DNA from: a bacterium
Lineage (GTDB): Bacteria > RBG-13-61-14 > DATKZS01
Assembly (NCBI GenBank): GCA_963674965.2
Contig: CAXXFL010000001.1
Coordinates: forward strand, 832,001-896,000
DNA length: 64,000 bases
Reading direction: 5' to 3'
Positions within the stretch are counted from its first letter, which is position 1. Every line of letters begins with the position of its first letter. Below, one piece after another: positions 38,184 through 48,383 of this stretch. The notes beneath the pieces were generated by a model. That model worked only from the letters and a program-made list of their open reading frames with translations. It was not told where the DNA came from and ran no database searches. The position numbers and the translations under genes were made by a program.

Positions 38184-38576
38184 ATGGAAGAAAGGATCGA
38201 GTCGGTAATAAGGCTACGGATGAGTTACGCCGACGCCCATTACGGGGGTGATTTAGTGGACGGCGCCAAGATGCTGGCCCTTTTCGGCGACGTGGCCACG
38301 GAGCTTTTGATACGTCTTGACGGGGACGAGGGTCTTTTTCTTCGCTACGATGAAGTCGAGTTCAAGGCCCCGGTCTACGCGGGCGACTATATCGAGGCCC
38401 GGGGATGGATCACGGACGTGGGCAAGACCTCGCGCAAGATGGAGTTCGAGGCTTTCAAGGTAATAACGGCCCGGCGAGACATATCTTCCACGGCGGCCGA
38501 CGCCCTTCCCGAGCCGGTCCTGGTCACGAGGGCCAAGGGAGTTTGCGTCACGCCTAAAGAACTGCAGAGAAAATAA
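38184..38576 (+). CDS. kal: 3-aminobutyryl-CoA ammonia-lyase (hotdog fold)
   Basis: [43 protein letters not shown]; lysine-fermentation context. Confidence 0.93.
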   Translation: MEERIESVIRLRMSYADAHYGGDLVDGAKMLALFGDVATELLIRLDGDEGLFLRYDEVEFKAPVYAGDYIEARGWITDVGKTSRKMEFEAFKVITARRDISSTAADALPEPVLVTRAKGVCVTPKELQRK

Positions 38577-38749
38577 ACTCCCGTTTATAATTGTCAAAAC
38601 CCCCGGAGACCTCGGCTCCTCCATTGCTTCTTGAATATTCCACTATTATTTGAGAATGTATTGGCAATCCTCGTTCTTCATTTATTGATGAAGCATGAAT
38701 GGGGAGAAGACAATATTAGCATAACGAGAAAAGGTCGAGGCGAAAATAA

Positions 38750-39349
38750 ATGAGTGAAGAAAAATCTGAAGACCGGGCCGGCCCAGTTCCCCGCGAGGAA
38801 CTGGTGGGAGAGCGGATCAAATTGATCCGGTACCGGCCGGAGCACGTGGAGGGCGTTTACGAGATTGTAATGGAGTCCCAGGCCGAGCTGATCGAGTGGA
38901 CGTCCTGGTGCCATCCCGATTACTCGATCGATGAAACTCGGGATTTCGCGGCCAGGCGCGAGGAGGAATGGCAAAATGGAAAGTCATATATTTTCCTCAT
39001 GCTGGACCGCAAAACGGGAGACCCCCTCGGGACCTGCGGCCTGGCGAGCGTGGACCCCGTAAACAAGCTGGCCAACCTGGGCTACTGGGTTCGGACCAGC
39101 AGGACGGGGGAGGGCATAGCCCCCGAGGCGTCACGGTTACTTCTGGACTTCGCCTTTAGCGACGCCGGGCTTGTCAGGGTCGAGATACTGGCCTCGGCTG
39201 CCAACGCCCGTAGTCTCCGGGTTATCGGGAAAATCGGGGCCGTGAAAGAGGGCGTGCTGAGGAAAAGGCTTTTCCTTAACGGCCGGAGCCACGACGCGGT
39301 CATGCACTCGGTGACGATAGACGATAAGGCGCCGGGAAAATTTGGATAA
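38750..39349 (+). CDS. RimJ/RimL-family GNAT N-acetyltransferase
   Basis: ANLGYWV, G.GIA, N.RS.RV..KIG...EG.LR. Confidence 0.88.
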   Translation: MSEEKSEDRAGPVPREELVGERIKLIRYRPEHVEGVYEIVMESQAELIEWTSWCHPDYSIDETRDFAARREEEWQNGKSYIFLMLDRKTGDPLGTCGLASVDPVNKLANLGYWVRTSRTGEGIAPEASRLLLDFAFSDAGLVRVEILASAANARSLRVIGKIGAVKEGVLRKRLFLNGRSHDAVMHSVTIDDKAPGKFG

Positions 39350-40088
39350 TCGGACCACCATATACGACGACCCGGGACACTACGACGCCAAGTACGAGAC
39401 CTACCTGGACGACGTGCCCTACCTTTACGGCCAGGTCCTCGAGTTCGGCGACCCGGTCCTCGAGATAGGATGCGGCACCGGCCGGATAACCATTCCCCTG
39501 GCCAGGCAAGGCGTGAAAATTACCGGCATAGACGCCTGTGCGGCCATGCTGGCCGAGTGCGCGAGAAAAGCCAGGGAAGAGGGACTCGAGGTCCGTCTTC
39601 ATGAGGCCGACTGCCGAGGTTTCAAGCTCCGGCAAAGATTCCGCTTTATTTTTATTCCTTTTAACACTTTTTCTCATCTCACGAAGCGAGTTGACGCTGA
39701 GGCCTGCCTGGCCCGGGCGCGGGAGCACCTGGGCGAGGACGGGCGGCTTTTGATCGATCTTTTCAACCCGAGCCTTTCCGACCTCCTGGCCGAGGAGGAA
39801 ACCATCGCCATGTACCCGGACCCGGAGGACGGCAAAAAGGTAATCGTGCGGGAGCGAAACAAGTACGACGACAAGGACCAGGTCAACCGCGTAACCTGGC
39901 GTCACGTTTTCAAAAGCGGCAAACCCGACATGGTTCAGACCCTGGTCCAGCGCGTGTATTTCCCACTCGAGCTCGAGGCCCTGCTCCATTATAACGGATT
40001 CAAGATCGAGACTCGTCACGGCGATTACAACGGCGCGCCTTTTACCTCGGGATCGCCCAAGCAGCTCATAATCGCTCGCGTAAGATAA
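39342..40088 (+). CDS. Class I SAM-dependent methyltransferase
   Basis: VLEIGCGTGRI, GID, HLGEDG.L. Confidence 0.88.
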   Translation: MDNRTTIYDDPGHYDAKYETYLDDVPYLYGQVLEFGDPVLEIGCGTGRITIPLARQGVKITGIDACAAMLAECARKAREEGLEVRLHEADCRGFKLRQRFRFIFIPFNTFSHLTKRVDAEACLARAREHLGEDGRLLIDLFNPSLSDLLAEEETIAMYPDPEDGKKVIVRERNKYDDKDQVNRVTWRHVFKSGKPDMVQTLVQRVYFPLELEALLHYNGFKIETRHGDYNGAPFTSGSPKQLIIARVR

Positions 40089-40232
40089 ACATTGTCCGGG
40101 CGTTCCGGAGAAAAGTTTCCGCGAAATTACCCGTTTGGATATAAACTGGCGGGCGGCGCGAAAATAAATTACTATCGTTATATCGGCCTGACGTTGTATT
40201 TTCCATGCCTACTGTCAAGATGAGGAACAGCC

Positions 40233-43200
40233 ATGAAGCGTAGCGCGCTTAACGCGAGCCTTGGGGTTATATTATTTTGTCTTTTTTCCGCCTTTTCCTT
40301 TTACGGCTTTCGTGCGGGGGCCGCGGAACGCCTGCCCGCTCCTTCCATCGGGCAGAACCAGGTCCTGGTTATCCTTATAACTTTCAACGACGCCACGCCG
40401 ACGTACTCGAAGCCGGAGTTCACGGAGCTTTTTTTCGGTGACACGTCAAACACCTTCCGCAACTATTACGAGGAGGCGTCCTACGGCGCTTTTACGGTAA
40501 CGGGCTCGGTGGAGGGCTGGTTCACGGCCTCGGGGTCTCACGATTATTACGGCGGCGGCAACTACGGTCAGGGCGGTTTTCCCTCATATCCGGGCAACGC
40601 TCAGCGCCTGGTTGAGGAAGCGGTGGACCTGGCCGAGGCCTCTGGTGTTGACTTCTCGGTCTACGACAACTCCGGCGACGGACGCGTCGATTCGTTGATA
40701 ATCGTGCATCAGGGCCAGGGCGGGGAAAGGATAAGCGATTCCTCCAACATATGGAGCTTTTACGGCGCGATCTCCGACGGCGGCGGCACGCCCCGCTACT
40801 ATGACGGCGTGCTTATAGATTATTTCGCCATCGTGCCCGAGGTCAGCTACAAGGGCGGCCGGATCGTGGAGTGCGGCCCGCCGGTTCACGAGTACGGCCA
40901 TTGCCTTGGCCTTATCGACCTTTACGACAAGGACTCTTCGTCCTCGGGCGTGGGCGTATACGACGTCATGAGCGCGGGGGTGTGGGGACCAGATTTCGAT
41001 TCCCCCGAGTTTCCAGTTCACTTCAGCGCCTACTCCAAGGCGCGCCTGGGATGGATCGATCCCATTGTGATCACGGGATCGACCCAGGGGTGGTTCTCGC
41101 TGCCGCCGTTCGAGTTATATCCTTTTGCCCTGAAAATTCCGGCCAATCCCGATTACGGTCTCGAGTATTTCCTGGCGGCCAACGTCCAGCCAATTGGATA
41201 CGACCGCAACGTCCTGGATCAGGGCCTGATTATTTTCCACGTGGACGAGCGGGCCATCATGGAAAACAGGCAGGAACGTATCGGCTGCGGGACCGCCATA
41301 CCCACCCTGGCGGTCGAGCAGGCCGACGGCGAGTATGACCTCGAGCACGGGGAAAACTGGGGCGACACTCACGACCTTTACCCGCTCCCGGGCGGGACCC
41401 TCGGGCAGTTCCACGCGGCCTCGACGCCAAACAGCATAAACCACGACTGCCGGCTCTCGGGCGTCTCGATAACCTCCATCGGTCTGAGCGGAGACACCAT
41501 CGAGGCCTACCTGAGCGCCGATGATTTCAGGCCCGCCTCCGACCTCCCCCTTCTATCCATGCGCGTCGGGTCATGGGACGAGGTCTCCGGCGACGGCGAC
41601 GATTATCTCGAGGCGGGAGAGGTCTTCAACCTGACCGCGACCCTTTCCAACAACGGGGCGACGGCCCACGACGTGAGCGCCGTCTTCAGTTCCCTCGGCT
41701 CTTATCTTGTTTTTGGAGATACCAGCTCGGCCTTTCCCGATCTGGGACCGGGGCAGGAGGTCTCGAGCGGAGACACGGTCCTGGTCTCGATCCTGCCCGG
41801 CTATAGAAAGGGCGAGTCTCAAAGAATCTACGCGACCATCACCCACGACGAGGGATTAATAAGCCAGAATCTTTATCCTAAGCTGGGAAAGCCGGACCTT
41901 CTTTACGTGGACGACGACGATGGAGACCAGACGGAGAAGATTATCGCGACCTACCTGGGAAACGCCGAGTTCTACTTCGATACCTGGGAGGTTTACAAGC
42001 TGGGCCCGCCGGGGTCGACAGTTATGGCCGGCTACGACAAGGTAATCTGGGCCACGGGCGGGGATGACCTCGAGCCCCTTTCCGCCCAGGAGATGGGGGT
42101 CATCTCCGATTACCTTGACGCCGGCGGCAACCTGGCGCTTTCCAGCCCCTATCTTCTTCTGGACCCGGAGCCGGGAGTAACGGCTTTCGCCCGCGATTAT
42201 CTTCACGTCACCGACTTCACTGACGACCATTTCGCGATGGACAAGACGCGGGGCATAAGCAACGACCCCGTCTCCCACGATTCGAGCCTGTTCAATTACT
42301 CGTCGACGATATTCCATTACCCGCTCCTTAACCGTACTCAGGGACTTACGCCTGACGCCCTGGCCGCGGGCTGCATTTTAAACGACCGGGGCAACTACAC
42401 GGCGGTAAGGTATCCGGGGGACGGCTCCGGTCCTTATAAAACGCTCTTCGCGTCATTCGGCCTCGAGATTGTCGTATATTACAACCAGTCCATCCTGCTT
42501 CGAAGAATTCTTAATTCATTCAATTACCGCGAGGGAAAGCCCTTCGCCGTTATCGTTGACCCCACCTCGGCTCGCCCCAAAGCGACCGATCTGGTGATTG
42601 GAATTTTCGGGATGAACTTCAACGCCGACACCGGGGTTACTTTTCCCGACGGGACCATTAACGTGACGGACGTCGATTTAGTCAGCGCCAACCGCCTCGA
42701 CGTCACGGTTAACGTGGATATCGACGCCTGGACCGGCATGCACGACATGACGCTCAGCGACGCGGCGGGCGACACCATACGGCTGGAAAAGATGTTCAAG
42801 GTCTCGGGAACGCCGCTTCCCAACCAGGTCCCCGTAGCCTCGGCGGGCGCGGACCAGGACGGATACAGGACGGACCCGTTTGATCTTGACGGCTCCTTAA
42901 GCCACGACCCCGATTATGACCCGGTGGCCTATAAGTGGGAGATACTTGAGGGTGGGTCCGCGCTGATCCTGCCCTCGGACACGGCGCAAGTGGCGACCTT
43001 GACTCCGGCCTGGGACTTCGCGGGCGACTACGTAATTCTTCTGACGGTCTCGGACCCTTACGACTCGGCGGGCGACACCGTGAGGATCAGCGTTTACAAC
43101 CGGGCCCCCATGGCCGACGCCGGGCCCTCCCAGATAGTCGCGACGGGAGCACTGGCCGAGCTTGACGGGTCGGGCTCTTACGACCTGGACGGGGACAGCC

Positions 43201-45338
43201 TCGAGTATGAATGGTTCCAACTCGACGGCCCCGCCGCGAGCCTTGACCTTTCCGATCCTTCCCGGCCCACTTTTCCCGGGGACTCGACGGGTAATTATCT
43301 TTTCGCGCTCCAGGTTTTCGACGGCTTCGAGGTCAGTCCCTTTTGGGATTACACCGAGGTCATGGTCAAAAGCCCGGGCAATAACGTACCCGCGGCCGAC
43401 GCGGGCGACGATCAAACCGTCAGCTATTGGGAAAGCTACGACGTCCAACTGGACGGCTCGGGCAGCCACGACCCCGACCAGGACCCGCTGACTTACCGAT
43501 GGACCATGGTCAGCAGACCCTACGGCAGCGCGGCCGAGCTTTCCGACCCGGGCTCGGAGTACCCGACCTTTGACGACGACCAGCCCGGGTGGTACACGAT
43601 CAGCCTTAAGGTTAACGACGGCGAGGTCTGGAGTCCCGTCGACTACGTAAAGGTTTATTCCTCGAACGCCGCCATGGACAACGACGGCGACGGGATACCC
43701 GACCACCTTGACCCGGACGACGACAATGACCTCATGCCGGACGACTGGGAAATGGCCCACGCCCTTGACAGGTTCGATCCCTCCGACGGCGATCCTTTCG
43801 AGATAAACTCGGCCACCGACCCGGACGGGGATGGAAACGGAAACGTGCATGAGTACTTCAACCAGAGCGACCCGAGGGACGGCGACGCCCACCTTTGCCC
43901 GAACAACCTGGGCGGCTGTTTCTTCGGTGACGGTAACGGCGACTTTTTATTCGATCCTCTCGACCTCTCCCTATTGACGCAGACGGTGGCGGGCAAGAGT
44001 CCGAACTTATCCTCCGTTTATCCGGGAAACGGAGACAATTTCGACTTAACCGGGGACGCGCTGGTCGATCCTCTCGACATTGGGGTCCTTCGCGGCCTGT
44101 TAAGCCTTAAGTCATCGAGCATGCCGGGAGCGCCCGCCGACGTTGCCGTGCTTTCGCCGGGCTACTCGGTTGGCGCCAACGAGGGGGAACTGGTCGCCCT
44201 CGAGGCGCTGGCAATGGACAACGCCATGGCCAGCGACGGTTTCAGCACCGCCCGGCCGGGCACGGCGCTGATTTTCGAGATTGTCTCGGGCGACGGGGTC
44301 CTCCTGGGAGGCGAGGGGACCGTCGGGCCCCGCCGCGCTCTAGCCGCTCTTAACGTCAATTCCAATTACCACGACTCGTCCTTCGCCCTGTCGCGGGACG
44401 AGAAGACCCTGATAATCGCCTCGAACAGGCCCGGCGGCGCGGGGTCCTTCGACTTGTACATTTCCGTTCGCGATGAAAGTGGGGACGCCTGGGGAACTCC
44501 CCTTGCCATAGCAACGGTAAACACCGAGGCCATCGAGGCCACGCCGGCCCTTTCCCTCGACAAGCTCGACCTTTATTTCGCCAGGGAGAACCAGGGAACT
44601 GGATGGGACCTCTACAAGTCCAGCCGGCCCGACGAGTCCTCCGATTTCGGCGCCCCCGCTCCCGTCACGGAACTTAACACGGACGGCTACGAGGCCGCGC
44701 CGACCATTACCGACGACGGGCTGGTCATGTACTTCGCCTCGGACGGCGGGACCGGGGACCGGGACCTCTACAGGGCCTCGAGGCCCGACGTTTACTCGGC
44801 TTTCGGGACGCCCTCCCAGGTGGCGGAGCTAAACGGCGAGTACGACGAGAACGCTCCCTCCATAAGCGGCGGCGACACCATGATCCTTTTCTTCTCGACC
44901 CGGCCCGGCGAAAAGGGGGGTACCAACATATGGATGGCCACGCGATCCGGCTCTCTCGATCCCTTCTCGGAGCCCGAGGAGCTTTCCCTTATTAACACCG
45001 ACCTGGGAGAATACAAGGCCTGGAGAAGCGTTGACGGCCTGAGGCTGTATCTTTCCACTTACGGCTACGAGGCCGGTCCCGGCATCGACCTTTTCCAGAT
45101 TACGCGGCCGTCGATCGGTCTGCCCTTTTGGGTCAACGACGACGAGGGCCGCTATGACGTTACCGGGGTCATCGAGGGCGGCTCGACCGAGGACTCGGGA
45201 GGAAGGGGATGGATGAGGGTCCATCTAACCGGGTGCGGAGAGACCCTGATAGCCGTGTACAAGGACGGGGAACCAAACAGGTACCTCGAAACGGCGGGAG
45301 CGCCGGGCCTGGTCAAGATAAATTCCGCCTGCCCCTGA
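40233..45338 (+). CDS. Large secreted M6-family (immune inhibitor A-like) metalloprotease with Ig/PKD, TSP3-like, dockerin-like and PD40 domains
   Basis: Signal peptide; DFSVYD..GDG.VD, HEYGHCLGLIDLYD, Met-turn DVMS; three A(S/D)AG...LDGS.S.D PKD repeats; DNDGDGIPD; FASNRPGG-type repeats. Confidence 0.88.
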   Translation: MKRSALNASLGVILFCLFSAFSFYGFRAGAAERLPAPSIGQNQVLVILITFNDATPTYSKPEFTELFFGDTSNTFRNYYEEASYGAFTVTGSVEGWFTASGSHDYYGGGNYGQGGFPSYPGNAQRLVEEAVDLAEASGVDFSVYDNSGDGRVDSLIIVHQGQGGERISDSSNIWSFYGAISDGGGTPRYYDGVLIDYFAIVPEVSYKGGRIVECGPPVHEYGHCLGLIDLYDKDSSSSGVGVYDVMSAGVWGPDFDSPEFPVHFSAYSKARLGWIDPIVITGSTQGWFSLPPFELYPFALKIPANPDYGLEYFLAANVQPIGYDRNVLDQGLIIFHVDERAIMENRQERIGCGTAIPTLAVEQADGEYDLEHGENWGDTHDLYPLPGGTLGQFHAASTPNSINHDCRLSGVSITSIGLSGDTIEAYLSADDFRPASDLPLLSMRVGSWDEVSGDGDDYLEAGEVFNLTATLSNNGATAHDVSAVFSSLGSYLVFGDTSSAFPDLGPGQEVSSGDTVLVSILPGYRKGESQRIYATITHDEGLISQNLYPKLGKPDLLYVDDDDGDQTEKIIATYLGNAEFYFDTWEVYKLGPPGSTVMAGYDKVIWATGGDDLEPLSAQEMGVISDYLDAGGNLALSSPYLLLDPEPGVTAFARDYLHVTDFTDDHFAMDKTRGISNDPVSHDSSLFNYSSTIFHYPLLNRTQGLTPDALAAGCILNDRGNYTAVRYPGDGSGPYKTLFASFGLEIVVYYNQSILLRRILNSFNYREGKPFAVIVDPTSARPKATDLVIGIFGMNFNADTGVTFPDGTINVTDVDLVSANRLDVTVNVDIDAWTGMHDMTLSDAAGDTIRLEKMFKVSGTPLPNQVPVASAGADQDGYRTDPFDLDGSLSHDPDYDPVAYKWEILEGGSALILPSDTAQVATLTPAWDFAGDYVILLTVSDPYDSAGDTVRISVYNRAPMADAGPSQIVATGALAELDGSGSYDLDGDSLEYEWFQLDGPAASLDLSDPSRPTFPGDSTGNYLFALQVFDGFEVSPFWDYTEVMVKSPGNNVPAADAGDDQTVSYWESYDVQLDGSGSHDPDQDPLTYRWTMVSRPYGSAAELSDPGSEYPTFDDDQPGWYTISLKVNDGEVWSPVDYVKVYSSNAAMDNDGDGIPDHLDPDDDNDLMPDDWEMAHALDRFDPSDGDPFEINSATDPDGDGNGNVHEYFNQSDPRDGDAHLCPNNLGGCFFGDGNGDFLFDPLDLSLLTQTVAGKSPNLSSVYPGNGDNFDLTGDALVDPLDIGVLRGLLSLKSSSMPGAPADVAVLSPGYSVGANEGELVALEALAMDNAMASDGFSTARPGTALIFEIVSGDGVLLGGEGTVGPRRALAALNVNSNYHDSSFALSRDEKTLIIASNRPGGAGSFDLYISVRDESGDAWGTPLAIATVNTEAIEATPALSLDKLDLYFARENQGTGWDLYKSSRPDESSDFGAPAPVTELNTDGYEAAPTITDDGLVMYFASDGGTGDRDLYRASRPDVYSAFGTPSQVAELNGEYDENAPSISGGDTMILFFSTRPGEKGGTNIWMATRSGSLDPFSEPEELSLINTDLGEYKAWRSVDGLRLYLSTYGYEAGPGIDLFQITRPSIGLPFWVNDDEGRYDVTGVIEGGSTEDSGGRGWMRVHLTGCGETLIAVYKDGEPNRYLETAGAPGLVKINSACP

Positions 45339-45362
45339 ACATGGAGATTTCCGGGAATATTT

Positions 45363-46421
45363 TTACCTGATTTTTTGCAGCTTTCCCGTGTTCCAGTTCT
45401 TGGCGCCGAACTCGATGGTGGTTGTCTGGCCCGCCTTTACTTCCACGGCCCCGTTGTAGTCGTTTTGTCCCTGCCCCGCTCCCTGCATGGCCGCCTGATG
45501 GGTTTGAGGAGAGTCGAGCCCGGAGTCGATCAGGATGAAATAATGTCCCGGCTCGAGCCCCTGGAACGTGATGGTAAGGTTTTCCCAAAAATAAGTGTAA
45601 GCCAGGACGGGCTGCCTGGGGTCGTCGTCCTGATGGGTTTGCGAGGTCCGGGTGGGCGGCTTGACCATGGCCTGGTTGGCGCCGGCCACGATCACCAGGA
45701 TGTGAGGAGAGGCCGCCGGACTTTGTGACGTCTCGAGGACGGGCCCCTTGATTTTTACCACCAGCTTGCCATCTCCACTCCTCGCGGGGGCCGGAGCGAC
45801 CGGCGCTGAAGCCGCCGGCGCTTTGGGGGCCGCGGGCACGGCCGGAGTCGGGGCCATGGCCACCTCCCTGGGAGGAGTGGTCGCGGCCGGCTTTGCCGGC
45901 TCCGGCTTGGGCTCGGGCTTGGTCCGGACGGGCGTGGAGGGGCCTACGGGCGTTTGGGGAGGAGGCGCCACCACCACCGTCCTTCTTCCGTCGCGGCCGT
46001 CGTGTTTGTTATCCGGCTCGGGACGCTTATTGTACTCGGTTGCGGGAATCCACTGTCGGCCTTTTTTCCTGGAAGCGGGCTTGTTTTTCTCGGGCTTGGC
46101 CGCGGCGGGCTTCTCGGAGGGTTTGAGGTCTTCATTTTTTCCCTGGCCAAGCCTCGTGAGAGTGGGCTCCGTTTCGTCGTAATCCGCCTCCGGGACGGAC
46201 GGCTTTTGCGGCGGGGCCTTGGCCGCGGTCATCCTTGGCCCGTACTCCATGGCCACGCCGATACTGGCGGCCAGTATGACGACGGAAACCGCGCCCGGCA
46301 CGATGAGCTTTTCCCTGTTGGCGATAAGCGCGGCCAGCACGACGGCCAACAGTCCGATGCCGAGAAGCGGCATGATCACGATTATCAGCGAGGCCCCTTG
46401 CGGCAGGCTTTCCATGTCCAT
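45363..46421 (-). CDS. Hypothetical membrane protein with long Pro/Ala-rich linker and C-terminal beta domain
   Basis: Two N-terminal hydrophobic helices, low-complexity linker, GGAG RBS. Confidence 0.7.
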   Translation of the reverse strand: MDMESLPQGASLIIVIMPLLGIGLLAVVLAALIANREKLIVPGAVSVVILAASIGVAMEYGPRMTAAKAPPQKPSVPEADYDETEPTLTRLGQGKNEDLKPSEKPAAAKPEKNKPASRKKGRQWIPATEYNKRPEPDNKHDGRDGRRTVVVAPPPQTPVGPSTPVRTKPEPKPEPAKPAATTPPREVAMAPTPAVPAAPKAPAASAPVAPAPARSGDGKLVVKIKGPVLETSQSPAASPHILVIVAGANQAMVKPPTRTSQTHQDDDPRQPVLAYTYFWENLTITFQGLEPGHYFILIDSGLDSPQTHQAAMQGAGQGQNDYNGAVEVKAGQTTTIEFGAKNWNTGKLQKIR

Positions 46422-46432
46422 GTCTCCCGTGG

Positions 46433-47695
46433 TTATTGCGCGGGCTTAAGCTTGATGGACCTTGTCAGCATGGCGCAGTTTTCTCCCTCCTCGATTTCGA
46501 CCTTTTCGGAGTAGTCGGAGTGTCCTTTTTCCGAGACCTGAATCTCGAGGCGCTCGAGCTCGACTATAACCTGGAACGCTCCCGAGTCGGGATTGGACTC
46601 GACCTCGGCCACCACGCGGGAGGTGGCCGGGTCCTTGACGCTGACCCTGGCGGCGAGGGGCGACCCGCTTTCCTCGTCCGAGACCGACCCCCGGATAATG
46701 ACCATCCGGCACTTGGGCACCAGAAGGGGAATGGGTATGGAATAGACGTCCTCCATGCCCAGCCCGCCGGATCGGTCGGAGCTGAAATAAGCCAGTTCGC
46801 CCGATCCGGGGAGGGTGAAATAAATATCGTCCCGAGTTGTGTTGATAATATCTCCCACGTTCTCGGCCTCGGTCCAGGCGCCGTCCAGGTAGGACGACCT
46901 GAAGATATCGGCCAAGCCGCTGCCGCCTCTTCCCCTCGAGCTGAAATAGAGCGTCTCGTTGTCGGGCATGAGGAAACCGACGCCGTCCCAGTCCGAGGTG
47001 TTGACGCCGGGCCCCAGGTTGGCGGGTCCCTCCCACCTGCCCTGGGTCGAGAAGCCGGGAATCAGCTTCTTCATCATCTCGCCCCGCTTGGCGTACCACA
47101 GGTCCGTGCCCCCCAGGCCGCCGGGACGGTCGGAGGCGAAAACCAGCGTCTCGCCGTTCGAGGAAATCGAGGCGTTGGACTCGTTATGCTCCGTGTTGAC
47201 GGGGGCCCCCAGGTTCTCGGGGCGGGTCCACCTTCCTCCCAGGTTAAAAGAGACGTAAAGGTCGCACTTGCCCAGGCCGCCGGGCCGGTTGCAGGCCGTG
47301 AAATAAAGGGCGTTCTCGGAGAGGGAAAAACTGTCGGGTCCCTCGTCGTCCTCGGTATTGATGGGCGCTCCCAGGTTTTTGGCCTCTCCCCATTCTCCGC
47401 CTTCCCTGTAGCTTACCCACACGTCCTGTCCCCCGAGTCCGCCGGGCCGGTCGGAGGTAAAGTAAAGAGCGTTGCCGTCCGGGGAGATGATGGGACCGAA
47501 ATCGGAAGCCGCCGAGTTAACGGCGCCTCCCAGGTTGGTGGCCTGATCGAGGTCGTCCGTCGGCGGGGCCCCAAAGGGATTGGGCAACTTGGCGCCACCC
47601 CCCGCGGGCTGCTCCGAGAAGGCGGGAAGCAAGGCGGCCAGGGAAAGGATAATAACGGCGATAAAAAGCGCCGGCCATCCACGTTTCATGGTCAA
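46433..47695 (-). CDS. Secreted PD40/WD40-like beta-propeller protein with C-terminal carboxypeptidase-regulatory-like domain, no OmpA domain
   Basis: Five NLG..VN.......P......LYF.S.R.GG.G..D repeats. Confidence 0.85.
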   Translation of the reverse strand: MTMKRGWPALFIAVIILSLAALLPAFSEQPAGGGAKLPNPFGAPPTDDLDQATNLGGAVNSAASDFGPIISPDGNALYFTSDRPGGLGGQDVWVSYREGGEWGEAKNLGAPINTEDDEGPDSFSLSENALYFTACNRPGGLGKCDLYVSFNLGGRWTRPENLGAPVNTEHNESNASISSNGETLVFASDRPGGLGGTDLWYAKRGEMMKKLIPGFSTQGRWEGPANLGPGVNTSDWDGVGFLMPDNETLYFSSRGRGGSGLADIFRSSYLDGAWTEAENVGDIINTTRDDIYFTLPGSGELAYFSSDRSGGLGMEDVYSIPIPLLVPKCRMVIIRGSVSDEESGSPLAARVSVKDPATSRVVAEVESNPDSGAFQVIVELERLEIQVSEKGHSDYSEKVEIEEGENCAMLTRSIKLKPAQ

Positions 47696-47836
47696 CTCTC
47701 TTTCGGGCCCATGCCCTTAGCTTAATACGCGACGTCGAAACCAACTACCGCTCGGTCTCGAGCGATAACGGAGCGCCACCCCCGCGCGCCGTCCGCTAAT
47801 TTATAATATCACACGAGGAAATTCATGCCAACATAA

Positions 47837-48184
47837 TCAGGGCGTAAGCACCTTTTGATGGGAACCCATGGAGGCGACCGTGTCCCGCATGTTGCCCGGA
47901 GAGCCGACCCTCAGCTTTTCCTTTCTGCCGTAATAGTCCAGGCACGTTCCGCAGGAGGCGATTTTTACTCCCTCCTCCTCCATGTCCAAAATCAAATCGA
48001 GAACGTCCGAGCCCTCGGTGGTAAGAAAGATGCCCGAGTTCATGAAGATTATTTCATCCGGCAACTCTCCGGACTCGAAAAGCATTTTCAGATACGCCTT
48101 CATCAGCTTTTCGCCCAGGTCGGGTTCACCCTCTCCGAGACCGGAAGATTTAATGATTATAAGAACGTCCTTGTCAATGGCCAT
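47837..48184 (-). CDS. DsrE-family protein (YedF-like selenium/sulfur relay domain)
   Basis: G.G..DLG.KLMK, FMNSGIFL, SCGTCLDYY. Confidence 0.82.
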   Translation of the reverse strand: MAIDKDVLIIIKSSGLGEGEPDLGEKLMKAYLKMLFESGELPDEIIFMNSGIFLTTEGSDVLDLILDMEEEGVKIASCGTCLDYYGRKEKLRVGSPGNMRDTVASMGSHQKVLTP

Positions 48185-48383
48185 AACTTAAGCTCCTTTC
48201 CAGTTTTACTATTATTAACGGCACATTATATTTTAACCCGAGAGCGCCTCTCGATAAACCGCGCCCCTTCTTCGACCGTGAAACGATCTCGCGGCGCTCG
48301 TTGTCCCAATTTCCGGGAAAAGACTTAAGTTGGCGTAATGGTACGCGATAAGCGATGATATATATCCTGGAGGGCGCCGGTCC

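Noticed and set aside
38750-39349. GNAT as AblB (beta-lysine acetyltransferase) pairing with kamA for osmolyte synthesis
   Set aside because: It is a short RimJ/RimL-type protein separated from kal by a 170-bp gap, and kamA lies in a catabolic operon
47837-48184. Selenoprotein or stop-codon readthrough at the YedF-like gene
   Set aside because: No in-frame TGA within the domain; clean RBS and CxxC; no sel genes in the window
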